This document shows, piece by piece, positions 23,931 to 36,200 of a stretch of 64,000 bases of DNA. Location: positions 353,920 through 417,919 of the forward strand of contig NIVC01000890.1 of assembly GCA_002269645.1 (NCBI GenBank). The letters are read 5' to 3'. Source of the stretch: Macrostomum lignano. Its lineage: Eukaryota. How positions within the stretch are numbered: the stretch's first letter is position 1; the number at the start of each line of letters is the position of its first letter. The position numbers and the translations under genes are program-made. The notes beneath the pieces were generated by a model, which made no database searches, was not told the origin of the DNA, and worked only from the letters and a program-made list of their open reading frames with translations.

Positions 23931-25750
23931 AGACCCCGTTGAGCCCAGCTAACGTGAAGCCTTTCGCAAAGCCTTCCGGGAAGACGACCTTACCTCGACT
24001 GACCGGCTAGCCAACATTTTCTGGAGTTGCATGGGAATTAGGAGTAGTACATTAGGACTTCGGATGGAAGTACGAGTAATGCCACAAAAGTGCTTTGTTG
24101 TGCCGCTGTGCCCATTTCATTTTTCTTTTTAAAGACGCAGGGGAACACCGATGATCGGGGGAATGTCCAGTAGCCGTTTCAAATAAATAGTCGGCAGGAA
24201 AATCTGGCTGGGCAGCAGCTTCTTCAAAGATTAACGCACATTATCGTTAAAAACAGCATAACATAAACATCATAATTAGTATTGTGCTCGGGTACATTAG
24301 TACTGATGAGCAATCTCTAGTTTTCGACAAGTGTGCCCGACATATCGCCCACATACCGCATCGGCCCACGTGTTTGCAACAACCCCCCCCCCAGGGGGGT
24401 TTGCATCAACTCCCCAGCCTAGCTGCCTGCCCCCTCCCCATTCTTTCTACCCCGGCCCGCTCCGTACCCAACTCTGATTGGCTGCCCTTCTGTGTGCAAC
24501 CCAATTTTTTCCCATAAGCCCCGTGCCTTGTCATGTTTTCACGTTTCCTAGCCAATTATAAGTTTCCCGGCTGCTCTATTGCCGAATCCCTGACCCTAAA
24601 AGACTAAGTAGTAATTGTATACATGTATTTATATAAAAATAATGATGTGATGAACAAGAGAGAGGGCGCCTGTTGGCTTCACCTTTAGAACAGTCTGATA
24701 AAAAACTTTTGATCCGAAAGTATACATTCAATAGTATAAAGCCAACGACGCTAAAGTCACCCACATATGCCACGCAAGTCGAGTGAAAGTGAGTTTCCGT
24801 TTTGCACTATTTCCTTTTGGAACCGTAAAACGAGTGTGTACGGTAACAGGGACTCATATGACGCGGACTGAACGAGTTAGGCTACGCGATCCACCCGCTC
24901 AGGTTCCAACGTCAGTCTGACGCAAACATACGTTCGTCCGCTATGCTCGAGAGCGTAGTAGCTAGTGAAGATCACTTTGTCGTAACAATAGGTACATGCA
25001 CATGTGTAACGGCTTAATTTTGTATCGCAATTAAAAAGCATCCGAATTAACGTCGAAATTCCACAGATCTAAGTTTCACATTTACAAAGGTTAAGCATCC
25101 TTGACACTACGACAAAGCGACAACAACTAAAATTATCAACGTACAACGTACATATATACAAGGTTTCACATCGCGAAATAGCGAGACTTCAGGGTGATTA
25201 CAAGCAGGCTGCGTGACCCAGCACCGGAGACAACAGAAACATTCCCAGATCGGGCACCAACCAGGCTTAACAAAGAGGTCAAATCGGATTGATTGAGGCG
25301 TCCAAACCTCCCCCCCCTCCCTAACAACACCCAAAGTGATTTTGTCTGTAATCGTATAAAATTAGACCATGAAAAGAGACAATACGCTCGTAACTCGTTC
25401 CTGTTGGTAATTGTAATTCCAAGTAAATAGCATTAATGCATGGCAAACAACGCCAAAAATTGTCACGATATTAATTAATGTGGGAGAAAACAGTGATGAA
25501 CTTGCTTGGCACTGGGTAAATTTGCACACGCACAGCCTTTTGTTTGGTTAAAAAGAATCAAATGCTAGGCAGTTCACACGTTTTTTAATCAGATAAAAAC
25601 GATTCAGCTGTTGACTTTGGAAAGTCTGGAAAACTGGCGTACCAAATGCGGCTGAATCTCTATTAATATGTCGAGCGGGTCTAAATTTCCCAGACTCACG
25701 GCACATTAAAAAAGCGATAAAGTAGCGCAGAATTGCAATCTTGCTCAGTA

Positions 25751-27768
25751 ATGGAAAAAGAAACCGATCAATTGGATGCTAAGGAGTTCCTGACGGACAC
25801 TGACGACTGGCTCGCGTTCGTCCGCTGCATCGCCGACGACAACGCTGACGACCTCAAAGAGTTCCGCGACTCTCTCGGACCCTCCGACTGGGCCGCATTT
25901 CTCGCCAGCTCCGACAACCGAGGAGCTCGAGCTCGAGACCAAGCTGATTTCATCGGGTGCGGCGATCCAGAGCAGGACGACAGCGACATTCCGTTCCCCA
26001 CCAACCCGTTCTTCGTCGCCATGTTCTACAACGCTCAGCGGTGTCTGCGCCTCATGCACGAGACCTCGGACAGCGGAAAGGACACGGTGGACTTTGCGAA
26101 GCTCAGAGAGCGAGGCTTCACGGCCTACCACATGCTGCTGAGCGCCGTCCGCTTCATGTCCGGGACGGAGCAGCGCACGGAGCAGCCGACGGACTGCGGC
26201 AGTACCGGCCGAGATCTCGTCGAGCTCTTCCACCGCCGCCTGTTCACCAGACAACAGCAGGCCGAGATGCTGCAGGTCAGCAGCCGAGGCATGACGCCAA
26301 TGAGCTGGGGCGTGTTCCTCGGACTGGCCGGTCATGTCGAGTACATCATGCTGCACCACCTGGCCAGCAGCGAGGTGCACTCGGACTCGGTAGGCATTCG
26401 AGAGCGAGTGAGCGTCGATGTGACCGACTGGTTCGGCGAGAACCCGGCGTTCTTCACCAGCCCGATCTGCGTGCTGCTCGACGTGTACAGCCAGGCCACC
26501 CTGGCGGAGCTGAAGGCGGCGGGCGTGTTCCGCAACGGCTTCCTGTGGAGGCGCTGGGTCGAGGCGCTGTACGACCGCAACCGGTGGATCATAATAGTTT
26601 TTGCTTGTCTTATTTTCTTGCAACTGCTGTCCGTCACCATCTTTTCAGGTCCGGGTATGAAGGCCCTATTTTTTAAATACTGTTTTAGCGCGTCATCGCA
26701 AGGGGTGGAGAATCCTGCATCCTTTCTTCTCGTACTTTCTACATGCCTGTCAAGCTCTCTGCTCTTTCTGCTCTTCGCAGCAGCAGGTCTGCTAAGAAAG
26801 GAAATGTTTAGGTCAGTAACCAAAGTTAGACTATATTGTGCATACATGACTGTTTATTCTTTGTAATGGAAAATCAATAATTTAAAAACAGAAGGAAAGT
26901 CGGCTACCCAAGGCGGCCCCGAAGGAGCTACAGAGATCTGCTGTCGTGGCTGCTGCCATGCTCCGTGTCGCTGCCCACTGCTGCGCTGCTCCTTTGGCTG
27001 CACGTCGACATTCGAAGTAGCTGCGCTCTGTTCAATCAGGCGGTCTACACTGTGCAAGGTTCTGGCATAAGACTTCTTCTTCTAATGAGTCTAAGCCTGC
27101 TTTTCTGGTTCATGCGCCTTCTGCCGTCAATATCCGCCGTGATGAGCAGTTTTCATCGTAGTTTAACAACTTTTCTCATGTTTTTCATGTTCTACCTCGG
27201 TATTACGGCAATATTTGCGCGCATGTTCCACGGAAGCGAGCCCATGTCTCTCGTGTCTAATTCAACTACAAATGCTAACGCACTAAGTGGCTACATAAAG
27301 GAATTCTACACGACCTTCCTGGTGTCCCTCAACATTGTTGACACAAAACTCTACGTGCCCGAGATCGACCGAATCGACCTCCTCATCACCCACGTGACCT
27401 ACGTCCTGTTCGTGCCCATCCTATTCATTAACTTCGTGGTCGGAGTTCTGTCCTCGGCCGTGAACCACGTCATCGAGCACGAGGTAGAGAACAGGTACTT
27501 GATCATGCTGACTGTGGCCGAGATTATCGAGCGAGACTACAGCTGCATCAGGAGTTTGTTGAGCAGGATGCTGGGCAGGTGGTTGGGTACGCGGAAGCGC
27601 ATCCTGATTGGCGGCTACCTGCCGATCACAGGCGGCAGTCGGCTGTTCAGATCTTCGTCGGACCGGCAGCAGAGCAGCTTTAATTCTCAGACTGAGGCGA
27701 CGCAGGTGATCAGCAAATCTGGTAGGCCTCACCGGCACTTTATCAACTTTCCGGATGTGGAATTATGA
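25751..27768 (+). CDS. TRP-like 6-TM channel, copy 2; exons 25751-26811 and 26892-27768 (~645 aa)
   Basis: Paralog of copy 1. Donor AG|GTCAGT at 26812, acceptor AAACAG| at 26891, phase 2, restoring RRKVGYPRRPRRSYRDLLSW (copy 1: RRQVGYPSRPRRSYIDLLPW). Confidence 0.78.
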
Positions 27769-28769
27769 TTTTAATTGAATTTGATTCAAAATTTTAGCTT
27801 TCTGATACATTTCGTGTGATTTCGAAGTTGAATATATTCTACTTTTCGCAGATAATTTTCTTTCATTAATGAATTTTTGACTAGAAGCCGTGGCACTTCT
27901 GATCAATTCTGCTCAAAATGCGCCGAGTTCGATTTCGTTGCGCTGTTTCTGTGACCAAAAATGATAGCATTTTCATTCTTGTCATTCTGACCTTGTCATC
28001 ATAAAAGAAATATCTTTCTTTTGAATTTCAAATTTTGTATTTTTTGAAAGTCTCGAACGTTTTAGATGTTTTGTTTAAACTAAACATTTTTATTTTCCTT
28101 TTGCAATTTGTTTTAAAAAATCGACAATGGACTATGTACTTTTCAGATCTCTCTTTTAGATATCTTTCCTGCCTTAAATGCAACGTCTATAGATCTCGCA
28201 CTGGCTTGTGTACTTTAGCAATCTTTCTCGTAGTAGTCGCAGGTGGAGATTTGTTCGACTTGAACCTCAGCAGGTCAGGGTTCCGATGTGCAATAGCGAT
28301 CGATCCTTGAGATTCCTGCAGTTAGCTACTACGAGTACCTGTTAAGTTAAAGCACTTCGAAACCAATTAACAAGCTGCAATTATCTATAGATTATAAAGT
28401 AGTTATTGGTTTCGAAACGTCCTAGATTTCTAGTTTCTCCAGCAACTGCTACTTGTAGTAGTTAAACTATATTTTACTAAATACCCTGTATGAGTTTTTC
28501 TGTGTACCAGCTAAGCTTTTGCACGTTCTTTCCTTTTTAAATTTTCGCGCTATCATAAATTCTTTATACTGCCGTGTCCACGAGTGCTCGCACACTGGAC
28601 ACAAAGACTTTATTTTATTCTAAGCTGACTCGAGTTTTGCTTTCATTAGACCGAAAGTTCACAACGCCGAAACACCTTATAATTAGTTCAGAAAAGCAAA
28701 CCTTACGATGAGCTATCATGCACTCAAGTACGGTGACGTCATTAGACTTGGAAAATTAATGTCAATAAT

Positions 28770-29162
28770 GAGAATCGCCTTGAAAAGAATCACCTTGAGA
28801 AAAATCCTCTTGAGAAGAATCAACTTGAGAAGCATCACATTGAGAAGAATTATCATGAGAAGAATCGCCTTGAGAAGAATCGCCTTGAGAAGAATCGCCT
28901 TGAGAAGAATCGCCTTGAGAAGAATCGCCTTGAGAAGAATCGCCTTGAGAAGAATCGCCTTGAGAAGAATCGCCTTGAGAAGAATCGCCTTGAGAAGAAT
29001 CGCCTTGAGAAGAATCGCCTTGAGAAGAATCACGTTGAGAAGAATCGCCTTGAGAAGAATCGCCTTGAGAAGAATCACGTTGAGAAGAATCGCCTTGAGA
29101 AGAATCGCCTTGAGAAGAATCACCTTGAGAAGAATCGCCTTGAGAAGAATCACGTTGAGAAT
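28770..29162. repeat. 15-bp minisatellite (TTGAGAAGAATCGCC)n, ~26 copies
   Basis: Direct tandem units; source of the spurious RRIAL/LKAIL ORFs. Confidence 0.95.
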
Positions 29163-29658
29163 ATGATACACGAACGCCAGAGGATCAGATATTAGCCATA
29201 CATTTGTGTCAACACCGTAGCTAGAAGTTTTGGCCCAATAAGACCACATTAACTTTGCAAGAGACTCAAAACTGCCCAGCTGCGACCAAATTGAATGCTC
29301 ATGGTAACCGAAATGAAAGTATTTACCCAAATTTGCACGCACGCATTTTACCGAGCTTTATTTGCACAGACTGGCTCATCAAATCGAAACTCTTTCACAG
29401 GTATCCAGTTTGTGAAGCTAAAACTGTACAAACATGAGTTGCAAACAAGTAATAACCATTGCTTACAAGCAACTGGGGAATCATTCCTCAGTGCCTGAAT
29501 CTCTCTTTTACTAACAACATGCTGGCTATCGTCTAATTTATTATTAACAATTAGTAAGCGTGCAGTTTCTTTGCGAGAAAAAATAAACAAGTAGCTGCGT
29601 TAATATTCTCGAAATTAATAGTTGGCTCAAAAAAGCAGGTATCCAACTTCTGATAGCA

Positions 29659-30714
29659 ATGGAAGAGGATAAAAACCACCCGGCTAAGGAGTTCCTGTCA
29701 GACACTGACGACTGGCTCGCGTTCGTCCGCTGCATCGCCGATGACAACGCTGACGACCTCAAAGAGTTCCGCGACTCTCTCGGACCCTCCGACTGGGCCG
29801 CATTTCTCGCCAGCTCCGACAACCGAGGAGCTCGAGCTCGAGACCAAGCTGATTTCATCGGGTGCGGCGATCCAGAGCAGGACGACAGCGACATTCCGTT
29901 CCCCACCAACCCGTTCTTCGTCGCCATGTTCTACAACGCTCAGCGGTGTCTGCGCCTCATGCACGAGACCTCGGACAGCGGAAAGGACACGGTGGACTTT
30001 GCGAAGCTCAGAGAGCGAGGCTTCACGGCCTACCACATGCTGCTGAGCGCCGTCCGCTTCATGTCCGGGACGGAGCAGCGCACGGAGCAGCCGACGGACT
30101 GCGGCAGTACCGGCCGAGATCTCGTCGAGCTCTTCCACCGCCGCCTGTTCACCAGACAACAGCAGGCCGAGATGCTGCAGGTCAGCAGCCGAGGCATGAC
30201 GCCAATGAGCTGGGGCGTGTTCCTCGGACTGGCCGGTCATGTCGAGTACATCATGCTGCACCACCTGGCCAGCAGCGAGGTGCACTCGGACTCGGTAGGC
30301 ATTCGAGAGCGAGTGAGCGTCGATGTGACCGACTGGTTCGGCGAGAACCCGGCGTTCTTCACCAGCCCGATCTGCGTGCTGCTCGACGTGTACAGCCAGG
30401 CCACCCTGGCGGAGCTGAAGGCGGCGGGCGTGTTCCGCAACGGCTTCCTGTGGAGGCGCTGGGTCGAGGCGCTGTACGACCGCAACCGGTGGACCATATT
30501 GGCTATTAGTAGTGCTACTAGTTCTACAAGTTTGAGGCACAATAGTCTACGCGGGACCGGGTCCTCGAACATTTTTTTGGTCGCGATGCTCCAACAGACC
30601 TTTAACCTTCTCCAATCCTCACGGGTACTTGATAACGTTTACGGTCAATTTTCTGCTCATGCTGTTTTTCCTGCTGCTTTCTTTAATAGGCGTACAGCGG
30701 AAGGAGTTATACAG
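29659..30714 (+). pseudogene. TRP-like channel copy 3, exon 1 only, disrupted
   Basis: N-terminal block is nearly identical to copy 2. A 1-bp insertion near 30505 and an in-frame TGA at 30533-30535 interrupt the TM-homologous frame (LVVLLVLQV*GTIVYAGPG). The donor AG|GTAGGT is retained at 30715 but no exon 2 follows in the window. Confidence 0.8.
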
Positions 30715-31381
30715 GTAGGTAATGTACTTAAAGTTGCCTGATTCAAGTTTATTCAATATGACATGCATCATCGTTATCCATAGTGACTTGTACTTGTACG
30801 GTACACCAAACAGCAAGCAGCCACGACCCCTAGTTCGAATCCGTGGGAGGCCACATTAATTTGGCCCCGAAGGCCTCAGCAGAACATCATGGTCGCCTTC
30901 TAAACTGGCTGCCAGAGTGTCTCTACCGGATGTGGAATAATTTACAGCGTTGCGACTTGAGCGGAAGGTCAATTCGCACGATGCAACAACCAAACACTGA
31001 ACTCTATTTAAGATAACATATTTCTATTTAGTTCGTTTTACACTGTTTATAGTACGTCTTTGCATGCTTCTATCAGTTTATTAATCTTTTTTTGTGGTCT
31101 TACGTCACTGGACTCTTTTAAAACTATACAACCCTGTTACTCCAACACTAGATGATAGTTACTATCTTTACGCTCGTATTTAAGCGAATATTTGTTGTTA
31201 AACGGGGGTGGAAAGCCAGGGGCTAACCGCGGATCAGCCCTAGAGGGGCTCTACCGCTGGATCTATTCTGTGGGCCATACTACCAGGGGCATGTAGCCCG
31301 AGAGGCCACGATTGGGACCAGAGCTCAGGACCTGGTGAGAGCAGGAGCATTGGTGCTACTAACCCAAACCTACGGTCGGTT

Positions 31382-31642
31382 GCAGATGTGCAACCGACAG
31401 CTCAGCCGCAGCTATTGCGCGGCGCATCTGAAGGCTGCGTACGGCTGTTCAGTCCAAGGACTGGGGGGTCGCCACACACCCTCAATTACCCCAGCTAATG
31501 CTGGCACACATTTTACAGATGGGTGAACTGAAGCAGTGCAGAGTTGAGTTGTCTTGCTCAACAGGGACACAAATTGTTCCAGTGGGATCGGGAATCGAAG
31601 CCCCGACCTTCAAGTCACGAGTCCGAGTGGCTTGAATACCAC
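31382..31642 (-). mobile_element. tRNA-derived CORE-like SINE, copy A
   Basis: Reverse-complement homolog of 54792-55100. Confidence 0.85.
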
Positions 31643-32019
31643 ATTCTTCTACAAAAGCATCCAATAGTAAGGCACACATTTTTTTAATTGAAGCAGTTTA
31701 ACTGCCGGTAAAATTTGTGTCTCGTAGATATATTTTAACAGCAAGTCTTTAGCCACGACACTAAATGTAGAAAATATTTGGAAGTTTTGCAGAAGAAGAA
31801 AAGCGCAACGGCTTGGGAATTTGTTTAAAAAATATCAACTCAAAGATAATTCAGCATGATTAGGCGTACGAATTTTTTCTGATCAATAGAAAAAAATCAG
31901 TCATAACAATAGAAAGTCTGGCTGGATAAATAGCCTTGAAGCATAGGACATATAAGCGATGGCAGAGGGGTTGAAACCGCAAAGGAGGATGCTACATAAC
32001 TATAACTCGAATCCCCATT

Positions 32020-32560
32020 TGATGTATTATAGAATACCCCTCTCACCCATTCAATATACTGCAGAATACCCCTCTCACCCATTCAATATACTGCAGAATA
32101 CCCCTCTCACCCATTCAATATACAATAGAATACCCCTCTCCACCCATTTAATATACTGCAGAATACCCCTCACCCATTCAGTATACTATAGAATACCCCC
32201 TCAGCCATTCAATATGTAGAATATACCTCTCCTGCCATTTAATTTACTATATAATACCCCTCTCAGCCATTCAATATACTATAGAATACCCCTTACTCAC
32301 TCAATATACTATAGAATACCCCTTACTCAATATACTATAGAATACCCCTTACTCAATATACTATAGAATACCCCTTACTCACTCAATATACTACTCGTAG
32401 AATACCCCCCTCAGCCATTCAATAAGTAGAATACCCCTCTCCTGCCATTTAATATACTATAGAATACCCCTTACTCATGCAAAATACTATAGAATACCCC
32501 TTACTCATGCAAAATACAATAGAATACCCCTCACTCATTCAATATACATGTACTATAGAA
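32020..32560. repeat. Degenerate ~25-30-bp minisatellite (ATATACTATAGAATACCCC... units)
   Basis: Repeated TAGAATACCCC core. Confidence 0.8.
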
Positions 32561-32706
32561 TGCCGTAATAAAATGTTTAAACAGAAAGATAAAATAGGTA
32601 ATTGCGTATCAATTTTAGTCTTCACAGAAAAAAAACTTTGCTGTAATGTTTTAATGAACACAATAGAAATTACAAATCCGAAATATAGAAAGACACTGTA
32701 ATTAAC

Positions 32707-33216
32707 TCACTGAAACTTGATCAGATACCTCGGAGTGGCCTGCTCAGGCCGGTACACAATGTACTCATCATTGGCCACCCCGCCATTGTTATTGGTGTTC
32801 CGTTTGGCAAACACAGAGTCATAGCCGGCATCCGTGACCACCTGCAAATTCAAATCCTGCCTAGCCGCTTTGCACACCATAGTCTTGCCAAGCACCACTT
32901 CGCATAGGAGCAGGGATTTCACGCCGTTCTCTCGGCAGTACTGCGCACTTTTAGTCGTATCCGTGGCAAAGTAGATCCCGGCGCCGAACATGCCACCGCC
33001 TCCGATGCGGAAACCTTCGGCGATGATTTTCTCAGCAATGTCGCCACGGGTGCCGTGGAACAGCAGTTCGGGTACGCAGTTCTTCTTCTGCAACTGATCG
33101 TAGCATTCGAATAGGCGCTGGTCTAATACGGGGTTTTCTATGCGTTCAACGCTTTGCACTTGCACCACCTTGATGTAGTGATCAGGTTTTATGTAGCGCA
33201 TCACCCGATCGTGCAC
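32707..33216 (-). CDS. PARP (ADP-ribosyltransferase) catalytic domain, terminal exon
   Basis: H-Y-E triad present. GGMFGAGIYFA..KSAQY and EYIVYRPEQATPRYLI resemble tankyrase-type motifs. Preceded by acceptor CAG| at 33217. Confidence 0.92.
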   Translation of the reverse strand: MHDRVMRYIKPDHYIKVVQVQSVERIENPVLDQRLFECYDQLQKKNCVPELLFHGTRGDIAEKIIAEGFRIGGGGMFGAGIYFATDTTKSAQYCRENGVKSLLLCEVVLGKTMVCKAARQDLNLQVVTDAGYDSVFAKRNTNNNGGVANDEYIVYRPEQATPRYLIKFQ

Positions 33217-36200
33217 CTGTGCCCGGGTGAGGGGGGGGGTGATGAACTTTTGTTGCGTCGTTAAAAGAGTGTTTTTAAGAAACTATTGTTCCTAACTATT
33301 AGTGGTCTACAGAATGATTTTTTATCATTCCAAAGTTAGCGTATTTGACGTATGTTTCCAATTATTCAGCAGATTTGCTTTTACACTACTAGTAGTAGTT
33401 AAGGCTTGGAAAATGTTAGAAGTTGGAATGAAAATGGATTTGTAGGTTTCTACCGGGATATATACAAGTCAAGGACTACCCAAGGACTACTTAAGTCGAA
33501 GGACAGGAAACTTCGTTTCTTAAAAAAATTTAGGAGACTGGTTTTTCCGAAAAATACACTATGGACATAGGATAGGAAGTTTTCATTTTTTCAGCACATA
33601 AATTGTTATTGCTTTTGATTGGAGGCAGATCCAGTGTTCATCTTTTGATATGTTGTGCCTTTCTTATTCCTCTATCGATATTTATTAAAGCTTTTCGTTC
33701 AGACAATTAGGTTTCTATGTTAATCTTTTATTCTACGTACATTTGCACGTGTCATTTGCATGCTTATGTAGTGTCCTTAGTGACATGTAGTTAGTGACGG
33801 TTCTAAAAATATATCGGAGCCACTGAGCCAGGGGATCACATACAGAACCCGCATAGTTTGGCCTATATCCTTTAAAATCTTTCCCATAAGATTGACAATC
33901 AATAAAAATGAATGAGAAGAAGAACGATAACGATTATACTATAACAAAATGTTCCTAGTGGTCCTTTATACAAGTAAGAAGCGGTCTGGAAGCTTCGGTT
34001 TTAGGTTGGTCCGCAGACAAACTTAATAACGAAAATTGAAGGACTCTGGAAGCAGAATTCGTGGCAATACAAACTTACGAAACTAAGTACGAGCCTAGAC
34101 TAGGAAGTCACACACCAACTATAGTTAAAACTTCATCATATTTAGAGTACGAGCTACGAGTTTTTCTACTTGGATGTTGCTATTTCATAATCAATCAATT
34201 TCACGATTTGTCCTGATTTGGAGATGAGGATGGAGTTGGGTATTAGGGACAGATGGCGGGGGCTTGTACTCCCCTGAGCAGGCATACAAGCGCGCGGATA
34301 CGTACGCAGTCATACGCACAGGCACACACTCACACAGGAGTGTACAGCGGCCCTAACTTTATTTATCGTTAGGCATGTACACTTCACTGTGCCTTGGGGG
34401 TTGGCAGAGCCAAGCCGAGATTCCAATTTAGCACCGAATTAATGTGACTGCACTTGGAATCCTTGGTCGTAAATTCCCTGCAGCACGCGGCCGAGCTCAC
34501 CCTAAAGTACTCAACAGCCGTGTCCTCATCGTCCTCGGTGACTGGTGTTCGCTTAACTTCACCCGCTTCATCAGCCCCAGCGCCTGCCAGCTTCTCTTTG
34601 TGTATCTGGGCGGCGATGGACCAGCACCTGGAGCAGAACTGGTTGTTGATCCTTCGGAAATTTGCGTACCAAGAAATTTTCTCTTCGTGACCGCAGTCGA
34701 ACTGCCGGCTGACCATTTGCATCCGGTTCTCCTGCGGTTGCACACCGAGGTCGGGCTTTGTTAGCCTACGAGATCTAAGTTTGTGTGGGTTTCTATACCC
34801 CGATTGTGGGTTTTCTATACAAGGTTGTGAGTTTCTATACACTGGTTGTGGGTTTTGTATACCGGGTTGTGGGTTTTGTATACCGGGTTGTGGGTTTTGT
34901 AAACCGGGTTGTGGGTTTTGTATACCGGGTTGTGGGTTTTGTATACCGGGTTGTGGGTTTTGTATACCGGGTTGTTGGTTTTGTATACCGGGTTGTGGGT
35001 TTCTTTATGGAGTTGTGGGTTTCTTTATGGAGTTGTGGGTTTCTTTATGGAGTTGTGGGTTTCTTTATGGAGTTGTGGGTTTCTTTATGGAGTTGTGGGT
35101 TTCTTTATGGAGTTGTGGGTTTCTTTATCGTGTTATGGGTTTCTATATTGTGTTGTGGGTTTTGGTACCGGGTTTTGAGTTTCGGTGCAGGGTTGTGGCT
35201 TGTGGGTTTCGTGCTGAGTTTTGGGTTTTGGTTTAAAGTTTAAGTTATGGAAATCTGAACACTCATGAATTATAACTATCTAAGAATTAAAATATGATCT
35301 CTCAATACAATTTGATAAGTCAGTCTTACCTTAACAAAAGTCTCCAGGTAGGCTCTCTGCTGCTGCTGCTCCATAGCGAGCACCTCGGGTGGTGGCTGGT
35401 AACCCGCAGGTGGTCTGTAGTCGGCGGGTCTGTTAGCTGAGCACACCTGGCAGCCCGGTCGGTACGGGGCATTCTTGTACGTGCATTTTGAGCACAGCCA
35501 GCCCGGCTGAAAAAATTACAACTCAAAGTTAAAAATAAACAGCCAAATGTTTATTTATTTCCCTAAATCATATTACTTTTAGTAGTTGTCGGTAAGTGAA
35601 ATATTAAAGTAGCACTTACTCCTCTTCGAAAAATTTTAAGAATTGTCGTAGACGCCATTATACTTCGATGGTTAGAGTTCAAATTAGCCGTCAGTCCTTG
35701 GTTCGAATCTCAAGCGATTCGAACAACACATTTTTCCAGCAATTTTCCATTTTTTAGTAAGTAGCAATCAAGTTGTATCATTTTCTATATTTTTATATAA
35801 ATTATACTAGCATTACGTATAGTCCAATTATCCCAGTCAAACGTTTCAGCCACACACAAACGCATAATGATTCGCAAAAATATTATTTTCGATACATATC
35901 GGCTATTTGAAATTATATAAAAACGGTTCGATTTAAAGAAGTTCTTTCTTGCCTGATCTCGCAGCTCCTGGTCTAGCAGCTGTTCCAGCCGCTGCTGCTC
36001 CGGATCTTCTGGAGGCTCGTAGCCGTCCGGTGGCTCGTAGCCGTCCGGTCGATCGGCTGCGCACCCGGCACAGCCCGGCCGGTGGGGCGGGTTCTTGTAG
36101 GTGCAGATCGGACAGCGCCAGCCAGGCTGAAGGAGAGCGCGGATGGGTCAGACAGACTCTCCTGCGCATGAGCCTGTCAATCTTTCCCCCTCTGGTCACT

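Noticed and set aside
24941-24966. Hairpin followed by CTAG|T, like a Helitron 3' end
   Set aside because: The spacing is short and no 5' end or second copy can be identified.
25102-25330. Possible solo LTR (TG...CA on the minus strand)
   Set aside because: No matching target-site duplication and no second copy in the window.
28708-29342. ORFs made of RRIAL/LKAIL, SIYL, SQFSIL, QPPRSS and similar repeats (also 22909-23334, 34781-35243, 36143-36790, 37926-38598, 43015-43600, 53637-53973)
   Set aside because: Translations of stop-free minisatellites, mostly intronic.
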